A stretch of 64,000 nucleotides of DNA, taken from positions 4,219 to 68,218 of the forward strand of contig JAHFNH010000002.1 in the NCBI GenBank assembly GCA_023267435.1. Reading direction: 5' to 3'. Source of the DNA: Candidatus Nomurabacteria bacterium (lineage in GTDB: Bacteria > Patescibacteriota > Minisyncoccia > Phycocordibacterales > UBA9973). Shown here one piece after another: positions 31,038-39,826 of this stretch. The position numbers and the translations under genes are program-made. How positions within the stretch are numbered: the stretch's first letter is position 1; every line of letters starts with the position of its first letter. The notes below the pieces were generated by a model that was not told the origin of the DNA, ran no database searches, and saw nothing but the letters and a program-made list of their open reading frames with translations.

Positions 31038-31682
31038 TTATTTTGTATAAATCGTAACTTTTGCAGACATACCATTTTTAAGTTCTGGATATAGAGCGAC
31101 ATTGAAACGAACTTTCACGTCAAATTTTTTAATAGGACGTTTGTCAGAAATAGAAAATATTACTCCAGTATTGTTTGCAGTGGGGCTTACATTTTCAACA
31201 ACACCAAAGTATGTCTTACCAGTAAATGCATCTACGGTAAAACTGGCTTGTTGACCAGGTTTTATGTTTTCCAATCCTTTATTTTCATCAATTGATCCGA
31301 TTACACGCATATCTTCATTGTGTATCATTGAGACTACAGTTTCTCCAGGAGTAAAAAATTCACCTATATTATTTTTAACACTTATGACTGTGCCATTTTG
31401 TTTTGAAGTGACAATTGTGGTTCCTACTAATGCAACAGGAGTATTTGTTGATATTGTGTCCCCTTCTTTAATATAAAGTGCGTTCAGTGTGCCAGCCATA
31501 TTTGTTGAAAGGTTTATAACAGGAGCATTGATCTCTGAATTTTCAATAAATAAAGTACCGTGGTTTGTTTGCCAAAAAATAAATCCTCCTAAAACTAGAA
31601 AGATGGTAACAATACCGATAATACTTTGCGTGATTGGTTTTTTTAATATATTTTCTTTTTTTGTGTTTTGTTCTTCGTGCAT
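31038..31682 (-). CDS. HlyD/EmrA-family membrane fusion protein (short)
   Basis: N-terminal TM, a biotin-lipoyl-like segment 'AGTLNALYIKEGDTIS', and a beta-barrel domain. Confidence 0.6.
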   Translation of the reverse strand: MHEEQNTKKENILKKPITQSIIGIVTIFLVLGGFIFWQTNHGTLFIENSEINAPVINLSTNMAGTLNALYIKEGDTISTNTPVALVGTTIVTSKQNGTVISVKNNIGEFFTPGETVVSMIHNEDMRVIGSIDENKGLENIKPGQQASFTVDAFTGKTYFGVVENVSPTANNTGVIFSISDKRPIKKFDVKVRFNVALYPELKNGMSAKVTIYTK

Positions 31683-31699
31683 ATTATTTTAAATAAAAA

Positions 31700-32785
31700 T
31701 TATTTTGATAAAAGTTCAATTACCGGAATATTCGGTGTAGCAACTTGTCCAGTTGTTATTAATATATTAGTTATTGTTCCATCTACTGGAGCTACAATAA
31801 GAGTATTGTTGTAAGCACCTTGAGCTATTTGAAGCGCACCTTGAGTACTTTCGACTTGTGCCTTGGCCATTGTTAAATCTTCAGAACGAGCTCCAGCTAC
31901 TTTTTGATCCAAGACAGCTTGTGCTGCATCAATAGCTCCTTGAGCGGTTGCGATAGTTTGAGTTTGATTTTGCAAAGCTGAATTATATGCATTGTAATAA
32001 GTTAAATAATTAGCAGATTGAGTGTTTGGAATTGAAATTGTCCAAGTGGTATTTATATTGGAAACAAAATTATCCGGGAATTTAATATAAAGTCCATGAG
32101 TACCAAGAGGCACAGCTACAGCACCGACGACACCATTTCCTTTTTCAAGTCCAGAGATATTAAAATAACTTCCGTTCCCCATTGTGTATACTGAAACACT
32201 ATAAGTGCCTTCTTCAGTTCCAGTATAAGTGCCGGAAATTGTCGGTGAAGCTTGAGTTGTCGTTCCATTTATTAAAGGAATAGCGACAAGTCCGGAATTA
32301 AGCGTTGCGGAAAGTGTATTTGCAACTAAAACTTTTTGCGAAGCTACAGTATTGTTATAGGAACTTTTTGCATTATTTAAGGCAACTCTGGCTATTTCTA
32401 TGTCAGGTGTCGAAGTGCCGTTTATTAATTTATCATAAGCTGTCTGCGCTGATGTGTAAGCGCCTTTGGCTTGATTGATCGCACCTAGGGTGTTTTCAGC
32501 GTCTAGGCTCGCTAAAATTGTTCCAGCTTTAACTTTATCGCCAATTTTAACTAGTACATTTTTAATTCGTCCTCCCATTGGAAAAGCCAGAGTTAAATCC
32601 TGCACAGCTGTATTACTATTTTTAATATTAGAATCTGTTAATTCTGTTGTAATTTTTTTAGATCTTTCCGTCTTTGTTTTATTATAAATATTCGAACTTA
32701 TTATACCTATAACAAGAGCAATAATAAGTGCGACACTTATTGAGATCTTTGGGTTTGCAAGTATTTGGGTTAATTTTTGTTTCAT
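31700..32785 (-). CDS. HlyD-family membrane fusion protein with a long Thr/Asn/Gly-rich insert
   Basis: TM; lipoyl-like 'GRIKNVLVKIGDKVKAGTILASLD'; coiled-coil; C-terminal 'LIVAPVDGTITNI'. Confidence 0.55.
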   Translation of the reverse strand: MKQKLTQILANPKISISVALIIALVIGIISSNIYNKTKTERSKKITTELTDSNIKNSNTAVQDLTLAFPMGGRIKNVLVKIGDKVKAGTILASLDAENTLGAINQAKGAYTSAQTAYDKLINGTSTPDIEIARVALNNAKSSYNNTVASQKVLVANTLSATLNSGLVAIPLINGTTTQASPTISGTYTGTEEGTYSVSVYTMGNGSYFNISGLEKGNGVVGAVAVPLGTHGLYIKFPDNFVSNINTTWTISIPNTQSANYLTYYNAYNSALQNQTQTIATAQGAIDAAQAVLDQKVAGARSEDLTMAKAQVESTQGALQIAQGAYNNTLIVAPVDGTITNILITTGQVATPNIPVIELLSK

Positions 32786-32789
32786 ATTT

Positions 32790-33224
32790 TTAATCTTTAA
32801 TTAATATATTAAGTATTTTAGTAAATTGTTTTCTTTCAGCATCATTTAATTTTGAAAGCATTTTTGTAAATACAGTGAATTTCTTTTCGTGAATCGATTT
32901 AAAGAATTTCCAGGCTGTTGGAGTCAACGCTACTCGTATACTTCTTCTGTCTTTATCATTTGAAACACGAGTGATGAGTTTCTTTTTTTGCATTATCTCC
33001 ACAATAGCTGTGGCAGAAGGCGGGGTTATTTTTAAATGATTTGCGATATCTTTCATCGAAGGTTCACCTTTTTCAGCGATATATGTCAGGGTATCGATAT
33101 GCGATATGGGACACTTTAGGTCTTCAGCCTCTTTTCGCAACATATCCGAAAACTTACGGCGGAAGGCGAAAAGTGTTTTTTCTAAAGAAAGCTCATCCCC
33201 TCTTAATGTAGGTTGTTTTTTCAT
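32790..33224 (-). CDS. MarR-family transcriptional regulator
   Basis: A winged HTH of the MarR type. It is the first gene of the marR-MFP-MFP-MFS operon. Confidence 0.8.
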   Translation of the reverse strand: MKKQPTLRGDELSLEKTLFAFRRKFSDMLRKEAEDLKCPISHIDTLTYIAEKGEPSMKDIANHLKITPPSATAIVEIMQKKKLITRVSNDKDRRSIRVALTPTAWKFFKSIHEKKFTVFTKMLSKLNDAERKQFTKILNILIKD

Positions 33225-33344
33225 ATTTTATATTTAATTAACTAATAGTTAGTTAGGCTAACAATCTAACATAATATATTTAAAAAGGCAAATAAAAAAG
33301 CACTGAACATCGTAATGAGAGGTGTGCTTTAATACTATTAAATA

Positions 33345-33800
33345 TTACTTACTTTCTAATACTTTAAGTACCCTAAGTTTGTCTTCTTCCGTCATTCTTT
33401 CCAAAAGAAGATTGTTTTTATCTTTAGTATATTTGTTTAATACCCAAAAAATAAAATTAGGGTCATCAGATAAGCAATTATTACTTTCTATAAAATTAAT
33501 ATCTTCCATTAAGGCATTAATTAATTTTGTAATAAATTCGTCCGATCTTAATACTTCTTCTTTTACAAATTCAGGTGAAATTACACCGACACTCAACTGT
33601 AAGGATTTAACATTAAGAATTACAAGAGTTTTTGTTTTAAGGTCAGACCAATCTGGGCTTTCGGTTTGATTCAAAATATCCTCTAACTTTTTATACATAT
33701 TGCTTATCCAATAATTAAAATTTTGTTCATGTTCTTTGGAAAGAGAACTAAAGACTTCTCTTGTTTTCCATACATGTGGTGTTTCATTTTTTTCTTCCAT
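33345..33800 (-). CDS. Hypothetical protein (island cassette 1, minus-strand arm)
   Basis: 151 aa, no recognisable motif. Driven by the palindromic promoter at 33865 and carries the conserved leader. Confidence 0.4.
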   Translation of the reverse strand: MEEKNETPHVWKTREVFSSLSKEHEQNFNYWISNMYKKLEDILNQTESPDWSDLKTKTLVILNVKSLQLSVGVISPEFVKEEVLRSDEFITKLINALMEDINFIESNNCLSDDPNFIFWVLNKYTKDKNNLLLERMTEEDKLRVLKVLESK

Positions 33801-33864
33801 AATATTAGATTTTTATATTGATTAAGAACTTTTGTTTATTTTTCCTTATACTACAAACAAATCA

Positions 33865-33876
33865 TTGACTTGTCAA
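33865..33876. promoter_or_regulatory. Palindromic shared -35 element TTGACTTGTCAA (bidirectional promoter 1)
   Basis: Plus strand: TTGACT-17-TATTGT. Minus strand: TTGACA-17-TAGTAT. Confidence 0.55.
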
Positions 33877-33950
33877 TGGGTTCGTGATATTGTTTGGTTA
33901 AATAGATTTCAGAAAACTAACCGAGCCTAGCTCATTAAAAAACAAAAAAT

Positions 33951-34274
33951 ATGAAAAATCTGTTACAGGAACTTTTATTAACTCATCAAAGTGTGAGAGG
34001 AGTTCAATTAAAAATTGTAAAACTTGCCGTTAATCGCTTAAACAGGTTATGTAAAAGAAAAATAGAATTTTCTGTACATGAAGATATAGAAGATAATTAT
34101 TATTGGATTTTTATTCCCAATAAAGTAGCTTTTGTTAAAAAAGTTAAACAACTTAATGAACAAATAAGAAAAGAATTAAAAGATGCGGATGCTAAATTTA
34201 ATCTCAGCTTTATGCCTCAAGCTACTAAAAGAAACATTCTCGATAGAAATGTAAACAAAGAAATTGTTTTTTAA
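33951..34274 (+). CDS. Hypothetical protein (cassette 1, plus-strand arm)
   Basis: 107 aa. Its conserved leader contains GAGCCTAGCTC. Confidence 0.4.
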   Translation: MKNLLQELLLTHQSVRGVQLKIVKLAVNRLNRLCKRKIEFSVHEDIEDNYYWIFIPNKVAFVKKVKQLNEQIRKELKDADAKFNLSFMPQATKRNILDRNVNKEIVF

Positions 34275-34293
34275 GAAAAATTATTTTTCAAAA

Positions 34294-34321
34294 AGCTCCA
34301 CAGAAATGTGGTGCTTTTTTA
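34294..34321 (+). terminator. Intrinsic terminator
   Basis: agctccaca-gaaa-tgtggtgct (one mismatch) followed by TTTTTT. Confidence 0.55.
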
Positions 34322-34395
34322 TTTATACTTACTCTAAACTTTAAAGATATTTCAGACAAATAAAAAAGCCTCCCCTTGCGGTTCGGCTTAATTGA

Positions 34396-34788
34396 CTAAA
34401 AAATATCTGTGTAATTATAAGAAGTGTTATTAGATGAATTTATTTCACCTGTACCTCCACATTTTCTACATTCAGAAATATAATATGGATCACCTCCACC
34501 TCCACCACACCTTTTGCATTTTTTCGCTTTCTTTTTATTGTCATAAAAACCATCTTCTATGTTCAATAATTTTTTTGTATTAAGAAGTTCGTGGTCATAA
34601 GGCAAAAAAGTACAAACTCTGTTATAGAATATCAAACTATTTTGCTGTTCTTTCCATGCATTAGTTAGAGCGTCAGAAGAACCAGCTATTACTATCCTTG
34701 GCATTAAAGGAGAATGGCTTGATTGTAACATTGCCATTACACCACCAGATTTATCGGATGTGATTAGAAGAATTGTGTATATTTCCAT
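34396..34788 (-). CDS. Hypothetical protein with two DnaJ-type CxxCxGxG zinc-finger repeats (cassette 2, minus-strand arm)
   Basis: 'CKRCGGGG...CRKCGGTG' at the C-terminus. The N-terminal 'ILLITSDKSGG...RIVIAGSSDALTNAW' looks like a small alpha/beta fold. Confidence 0.45.
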   Translation of the reverse strand: MEIYTILLITSDKSGGVMAMLQSSHSPLMPRIVIAGSSDALTNAWKEQQNSLIFYNRVCTFLPYDHELLNTKKLLNIEDGFYDNKKKAKKCKRCGGGGGDPYYISECRKCGGTGEINSSNNTSYNYTDIF

Positions 34789-34851
34789 TTGTATATAGTA
34801 TTTAATTGTTTAAGGACTCTGTTTATTTAACTTCACATTACCAAAAATTTG

Positions 34852-34863
34852 TTGACATGTCAA
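34852..34863. promoter_or_regulatory. Palindromic shared -35 element TTGACATGTCAA (bidirectional promoter 2)
   Basis: A perfect 12-bp palindrome. Plus strand: TTGACA-17-TAATGT. Minus strand: TTGACA-17-TAATGT through the 'cattaccaaa' block. Confidence 0.55.
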
Positions 34864-34906
34864 TTAGTCTATGTTAATGTTTAGTAAACCAAATAAAACT
34901 TGTACA

Positions 34907-35344
34907 ATGACAACAATAGAAAATTTAATCCTAGTCGGTGAAATTGAAAAACTCTTCAATGCTGACGCAAAAGCTAAAAAATATATTAAGGATGCAAAAT
35001 TCATATTAGTCTCTACAGATAATGTAAAGTACAAAATGATAATGCATTTAGCAAGCTATCCGTATGAATATCACTCCCAGGCGGTATTAAAATATATGGA
35101 AGACAACAATTTAAATGAAATCTATTCTTACGGTGGTGCTAAAATTGTATTAGGTACGATAGATGACGTATTGTGTCACGGAAAATCATACGCATTAAAA
35201 ACTGCCAATGATGAAAAGCTTACAGAAGTAGTAAAAAGTATTTGGCCAAATGCCGAATTAGAAATTATGACTTCTGGTGTAAAAGTTAAAGAGGCTATGC
35301 TTTTTCCAAAAGAACGAATTCAGTATTTTGCTGAACATCCTTAA
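34907..35344 (+). CDS. Hypothetical protein (cassette 2, plus-strand arm)
   Basis: Start moved to 34907 (MTTIENL) because the ORF-track start at 34871 lies inside the -10 element. Confidence 0.4.
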   Translation: MTTIENLILVGEIEKLFNADAKAKKYIKDAKFILVSTDNVKYKMIMHLASYPYEYHSQAVLKYMEDNNLNEIYSYGGAKIVLGTIDDVLCHGKSYALKTANDEKLTEVVKSIWPNAELEIMTSGVKVKEAMLFPKERIQYFAEHP

Positions 35345-35386
35345 GGTGATTTTAATTTATTAAATACGCTATTACAAAAACAAAAA

Positions 35387-35417
35387 ACTTGTCTGAATAT
35401 TCAGACAAGTTTTTTTA
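35387..35417. terminator. Bidirectional intrinsic terminator
   Basis: Perfect hairpin acttgtctga-atat-tcagacaagt flanked by an A-run and a T-run. Confidence 0.75.
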
Positions 35418-35422
35418 ATTTT

Positions 35423-35929
35423 TTAATTCAAAGGTTCTTTGTTTCTAATTAGTCTCAAGATCATTCTTATTGATTTAACTTGTTCATCAGAAAGAGAAAC
35501 CTGATATGATCCTACATTACATCTCTTTTGACCATTAAAATCTCGATATACATTCCCACATTTATCTTTAGACATCAAAGGCAGAATACCAAATCCAACA
35601 AGAGTTAGACTATGGCTATCAAGTAAAATCTTTTTACTTCCGTTATCATGAAGCATTTTATGTAAAAGAAATTTTACAATGTACTCAATATTACTACTGT
35701 GGTGCTCGATATTGTCATTGCAACCATAAAAAAATAATTGATTATTATTATCTCTCTTTATATGCAGAAGCGAACCCTGACTTTTGTAAAAAGTTAAGAT
35801 TTCATCAATTCCAAAAGTATTAATAAAATTATTAAATAATTTTACAATTTGATCATTTATTTCCTGAGGTCTTTTTTTATCGATTTTTGCAAAATCAATT
35901 GGCCTACTAAAATCTAGTTGTGATTCCAT
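35423..35929 (-). CDS. Hypothetical protein (cassette 3, minus-strand arm)
   Basis: 168 aa, no recognisable motif. Confidence 0.4.
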   Translation of the reverse strand: MESQLDFSRPIDFAKIDKKRPQEINDQIVKLFNNFINTFGIDEILTFYKSQGSLLHIKRDNNNQLFFYGCNDNIEHHSSNIEYIVKFLLHKMLHDNGSKKILLDSHSLTLVGFGILPLMSKDKCGNVYRDFNGQKRCNVGSYQVSLSDEQVKSIRMILRLIRNKEPLN

Positions 35930-35991
35930 TTTTATATATATTAAATTGTTTACGAACTCCGTTTATTTAACCTTAAACTACCAAAAAATTC

Positions 35992-36003
35992 TTGACCTGT
36001 CAA
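35992..36003. promoter_or_regulatory. Palindromic shared -35 element TTGACCTGTCAA (bidirectional promoter 3)
   Basis: Plus strand: TTGACC-17-TATTGT. The minus-strand -10 lies in the 'aaactaccaaaaa' block. Confidence 0.55.
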
Positions 36004-36107
36004 TGTTTTTGTGATATTGTTTGTTTAAATTTGTTGAGACAAAATCTCGTTAAACAAAACCTATATATCCCCCAACAATATTGTTTAATCCTTAAAAACT
36101 AAATATC

Positions 36108-36644
36108 ATGAAAAAACTATCAATGCTTTTATATCAAACTCAGGGCATTATCAAATTTTGTGAAGAAATAAATGCTGAATTAGTGAGATTGAAATTAACA
36201 AGAAAAACAACAGGTGGTTATCTGACCATCGTTGAACGCGATACAGGAGCTATTGTGTTAACAATCCTTATTGGAACACTCCAATTTGAAAGGACGGCAA
36301 AACATCGCAGATTATCCATTGAACAAGCAAAGAGGGTGTTTGATGAAAAACTTTCTTCCTCATTCCAAAACAGAAATATCGAACAAGGGAAATCGGCAGG
36401 AGCTGTTTCAGGAGAGAAATTTATCTATTCATTTTCCGGTCACTGTGAAGAAATAAATGAAGTTGTTTCCATACTTTCGTGTATTGAAAACGAACAATAT
36501 TTAAATCCTGAGTTTCAGGCAAATTTACGGCAAGGTGAAGATCCCAAGCCAATGGATGTAATCCTGAAAAAAATGGACCTTGAATCAAAATTTATGATGG
36601 TTTCTGGTATTCGCAGTTTTATCAGCAAAATATTTGTTTGGTAA
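36108..36644 (+). CDS. Hypothetical protein (cassette 3, plus-strand arm; GC noticeably higher than neighbours)
   Basis: 178 aa with a long 113-nt leader. Confidence 0.4.
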   Translation: MKKLSMLLYQTQGIIKFCEEINAELVRLKLTRKTTGGYLTIVERDTGAIVLTILIGTLQFERTAKHRRLSIEQAKRVFDEKLSSSFQNRNIEQGKSAGAVSGEKFIYSFSGHCEEINEVVSILSCIENEQYLNPEFQANLRQGEDPKPMDVILKKMDLESKFMMVSGIRSFISKIFVW

Positions 36645-36664
36645 GTTCTTTGGTAAAAATTAGA

Positions 36665-36696
36665 AAGCCACTGGTGAAAATCAGTGGCTTTTTTTA
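36665..36696. terminator. Bidirectional intrinsic terminator
   Basis: aagccactg-gtgaaaat-cagtggctt followed by TTTTTTT. Confidence 0.75.
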
Positions 36697-37959
36697 TTTA
36701 ATTACTGCATTCGTTCCTGCCACAAAACCCGTCGTCCAGCATATTTGCAGACTATATCCTCCAGATGGACGGTCTATGTTTAATAAATCTCCAATTATAT
36801 AAAGATTTGGATATAATCTGGAACGCATAGTTTTGAAATCAATTTCATTTAACGCTACACCTCCGCTAGAAACTATTGCTTTATCTAAACCCAAAAGTTT
36901 ATCGATATTTATTGGAATTCCTTTTAATAAAGAAATTAATTTTATGCGTTCTTCACGAGTCACACTATTGCATTGAATTTCTGGATCAATGCCGGATAAT
37001 TCCACTACAACTGGTACGACAGATGATAAAATCAAACCAGCTAAACAATTTTTAAATTTCTTTTTATCATTTTCTTTAAATATTTCTAAAAGCTTTAGAT
37101 TAAGTTTTTCTTGATCGAAATTTGGTAAAAGATCTAATTTTATTACCACATCGCCATAGCCTAACAATCCACCTATATCTTTGCTCATATTTAAAATAGT
37201 GGGTCCACTGACGCCGACATGGGTAAATAGAATTTTACCTGTTTTTGAAATAGGACGTTTTTTGATAAATTGTTTTACATCATCCAAGTAAACAGTGAGT
37301 TTTACATTATCAAGACTGACTCCAGCTAATTTTTTAATCCATTTATCTTTCGTAGCGAGTGGCACAAGCGAAGGTATCGGTTCGATGATTGTATGCCCGA
37401 TATTTTTTAGCCATTTGAATGCGTCCCCTGTCGAACCTGTTTCTGGATGAGATTTACCTCCAGTAGCGACGATAATAGAACGAGCATAAATTATTTTATC
37501 TACAATTTTTACACCAATGATATTTTTATTTTCTATAACAAAATCAACAACTGGAGAATTTGATAATATTGTTACTTTTTCTTTTTTAATATATTCCACC
37601 ATAACATTCCAAACGGATTGAGATTTATTACTAACAGGGAAAACTCTTTGTCCTGGTTCTATTTTTGTTTCCATATTTCTGTTATGGAAAAAATCCAATG
37701 TTTCCTTTACGCTATATTGTGAAAAAGCTGAAAATAAGAATTTTCCGTCGTCTTTGAATTTTTCCAGAAGTTTCCTGTTGTCGAATTCTGCATTGGTGAC
37801 ATTACATCTGCCTCCGCCTGTAATAAGGAGTTTCTTGCCTAGAGAGTCATTTTTCTCAATTAAAATAACTTTTGCGCCGAGTTCAGCTGCTCGTCCTGCC
37901 GCCATCATTCCAGACGGTCCGCCTCCTATTATAACCACATCCCAAACATTTTCTTTCAT
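36694..37959 (-). CDS. HI0933/YhiN-family FAD-dependent flavoprotein
   Basis: 'DVVIIGGGPSGMMAAGRAAELGAKVILIEKNDSLGKKLLITGGGRCNVTN' is the signature of this family. Confidence 0.7.
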   Translation of the reverse strand: MKENVWDVVIIGGGPSGMMAAGRAAELGAKVILIEKNDSLGKKLLITGGGRCNVTNAEFDNRKLLEKFKDDGKFLFSAFSQYSVKETLDFFHNRNMETKIEPGQRVFPVSNKSQSVWNVMVEYIKKEKVTILSNSPVVDFVIENKNIIGVKIVDKIIYARSIIVATGGKSHPETGSTGDAFKWLKNIGHTIIEPIPSLVPLATKDKWIKKLAGVSLDNVKLTVYLDDVKQFIKKRPISKTGKILFTHVGVSGPTILNMSKDIGGLLGYGDVVIKLDLLPNFDQEKLNLKLLEIFKENDKKKFKNCLAGLILSSVVPVVVELSGIDPEIQCNSVTREERIKLISLLKGIPINIDKLLGLDKAIVSSGGVALNEIDFKTMRSRLYPNLYIIGDLLNIDRPSGGYSLQICWTTGFVAGTNAVIK

Positions 37960-38078
37960 TTTTATATGTTAGCACAAAAAATTTAAAGAAAATAAATAGA
38001 TTGACATATCGTATGTTTTATGATATCATCTCTATCAGAAATAGAATTGTTGTTTAACATAATATAAAAACCAAAAAA

Positions 38079-38513
38079 ATGAAAACTTTAATTATTTTAG
38101 ATAATTTAATAGGATTACAAAATTCCTTAATTATCGCTTGTGTTTGTATTGCAGTTGGCTTCGTTGTCTTTATTTATTTATTTTTGCTTTTTAAAGCAGC
38201 GTCATCAGCTCCATTGAAACCACTTATAACCAAACCGCGCAAAACGGTTGGACTTCCGGAATTACCGGATGGAACAAATCTGATCATTTTAGACAATAAA
38301 GAAGATTTGCCGATCGCACAAGATATTAAAGATTACAATATTGGTTTGAAAAAAAATGTTCTTGAAAATACTTTCTATCTTGCTAATTTTGGCAAAGAGA
38401 AATTGGAAGTAAATCAGGTTTATATCGTCAAACTGATAGGTAGTGGCAAGATCCATACTTTATGCAAAGTTGAAATTATGTTCAGCCCGGAGTACAACAC
38501 ACATCTAAATTAA
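38079..38513 (+). CDS. Hypothetical membrane-anchored protein
   Basis: 144 aa with one TM. Confidence 0.35.
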   Translation: MKTLIILDNLIGLQNSLIIACVCIAVGFVVFIYLFLLFKAASSAPLKPLITKPRKTVGLPELPDGTNLIILDNKEDLPIAQDIKDYNIGLKKNVLENTFYLANFGKEKLEVNQVYIVKLIGSGKIHTLCKVEIMFSPEYNTHLN

Positions 38514-38581
38514 GTTTTAAAGAACCAATCGTTAATAATGATTGGTTCTTTTATTTTTATATATAATGCTATAATAAAAAA

Positions 38582-39142
38582 ATGAAAAAACTTGCCAGTA
38601 AAATGTCTTTTTTAAAAACAATGGTGTGTGATTTCAAAGTAGCTGCTGTCGCCAGCAGTTCGTCTTATGTTGTTAATCGCGTTATTAGTAAAATTGACGA
38701 TGGTTTGAATTTGATTATTGAACAAGGTTCTGGAGATGGAGTTATGACTAAAGCTTTGCTTACAAAGCTTTCCCCTGATGGAGCTTTAATCCTAATAGAA
38801 ACTAATCCAGAATTTGTAAAACAATTAAAAAAAATTGAAGACAAAAGAATCACAATATTTTTTGGTACTGTCCAAGATTTTTATAAAAAAATAGATGCAA
38901 ATCATTCTAAAGCAGATCTTGTCATATCCAGCATCCCCTTTTCTTTTCTAAAAACATCAGAAAGAGATGAAGTAATTAAAAAAAGTTTCGAAGTGCTTTC
39001 TGATTCTGGAAGTATGGTTATTTTTCATCAATACAGTCTCCTAATGCACAAATATGTTAAAAAATATTTCAAACATGTTTCAATCTTTTTTGAACCTAGA
39101 AATGTGATGCCGTGTTTTATAATTTTCGGTAAGAAAAAATAA
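38582..39142 (+). CDS. Class I SAM-dependent methyltransferase
   Basis: Motif I 'IIEQGSGDGVMT', an acidic residue after beta2 'LIETNPEF', and motif IV 'VISSIPF'. Confidence 0.55.
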   Translation: MKKLASKMSFLKTMVCDFKVAAVASSSSYVVNRVISKIDDGLNLIIEQGSGDGVMTKALLTKLSPDGALILIETNPEFVKQLKKIEDKRITIFFGTVQDFYKKIDANHSKADLVISSIPFSFLKTSERDEVIKKSFEVLSDSGSMVIFHQYSLLMHKYVKKYFKHVSIFFEPRNVMPCFIIFGKKK

Positions 39143-39146
39143 AAAA

Positions 39147-39176
39147 AGACTTATTTAAACAATAAGTCTTTTTTTA
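39147..39176. terminator. Bidirectional intrinsic terminator
   Basis: agacttatt-taaac-aataagtct followed by TTTTTTT. Confidence 0.7.
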
Positions 39177-39179
39177 TTT

Positions 39180-39743
39180 TTATATTTTTCCGATTAAATC
39201 AACACCTGGCGTTAAAACATCTTTGCCTGGCTCCCAGTTTGCTGGGCAGACATTTCCTTTATGTTCTCTTACGAATTTAGCCGCTTCTAATTTTCTAACC
39301 ATTTCCTTTGCACTTCGGCCAATGTTATTGTCATGAATTTCTATTGTCTTTAAAACTCCATCTGGATCAATAATAAAAGTCCCTCTTAAGGCCAATCCTT
39401 CAGTTTCAATATAAGTCCCAAATGCTCTAGAAATATTACCTGTCGGATCAGCCAGCATTGGATATTGTATTTTACCTATAGCAGGAGAAGTATCATGCCA
39501 AGCTTTATGCGCGAAAGCTGTATCAGTACTAATACTCATAATCTCTCCTCCTAATTTTTTTATTTCTTCGTAATGTACGGTTGCATCTTCTAATTCTGTC
39601 GGACAAACGAAAGTAAAATCTGCAGGATAAAAAATTAGTACTACCCATTTGCTTTTATAATCAGAAAGCTTGATTTTCTTTATCTCATTATTTTGATACG
39701 CATCCAGCTCAAAATCTGGAACAATTGAATTTATATTTATCAT
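39180..39743 (-). CDS. Peroxiredoxin (typical 2-Cys, AhpC/TSA family)
   Basis: 'FYPADFTFVCPTE' peroxidatic Cys motif and a resolving Cys near the C-terminus 'GNVCPANW'. Confidence 0.85.
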   Translation of the reverse strand: MININSIVPDFELDAYQNNEIKKIKLSDYKSKWVVLIFYPADFTFVCPTELEDATVHYEEIKKLGGEIMSISTDTAFAHKAWHDTSPAIGKIQYPMLADPTGNISRAFGTYIETEGLALRGTFIIDPDGVLKTIEIHDNNIGRSAKEMVRKLEAAKFVREHKGNVCPANWEPGKDVLTPGVDLIGKI

Positions 39744-39826
39744 AGTATTATTATACTCCCAATTTCTTAGATTGTAATCAATCTGTAGAAATTGCAGTCC
39801 TTTAGGGCTAATAAAAAGTATTAAAT

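Noticed and set aside
34362-34392. GC-rich segment aagcctccccttgcggttcggctt as a distinct element
   Set aside because: It is most simply the short stem (aagcc/ggctt) of a weak terminator for the convergent minus-strand gene. There is too little sequence to support anything else.
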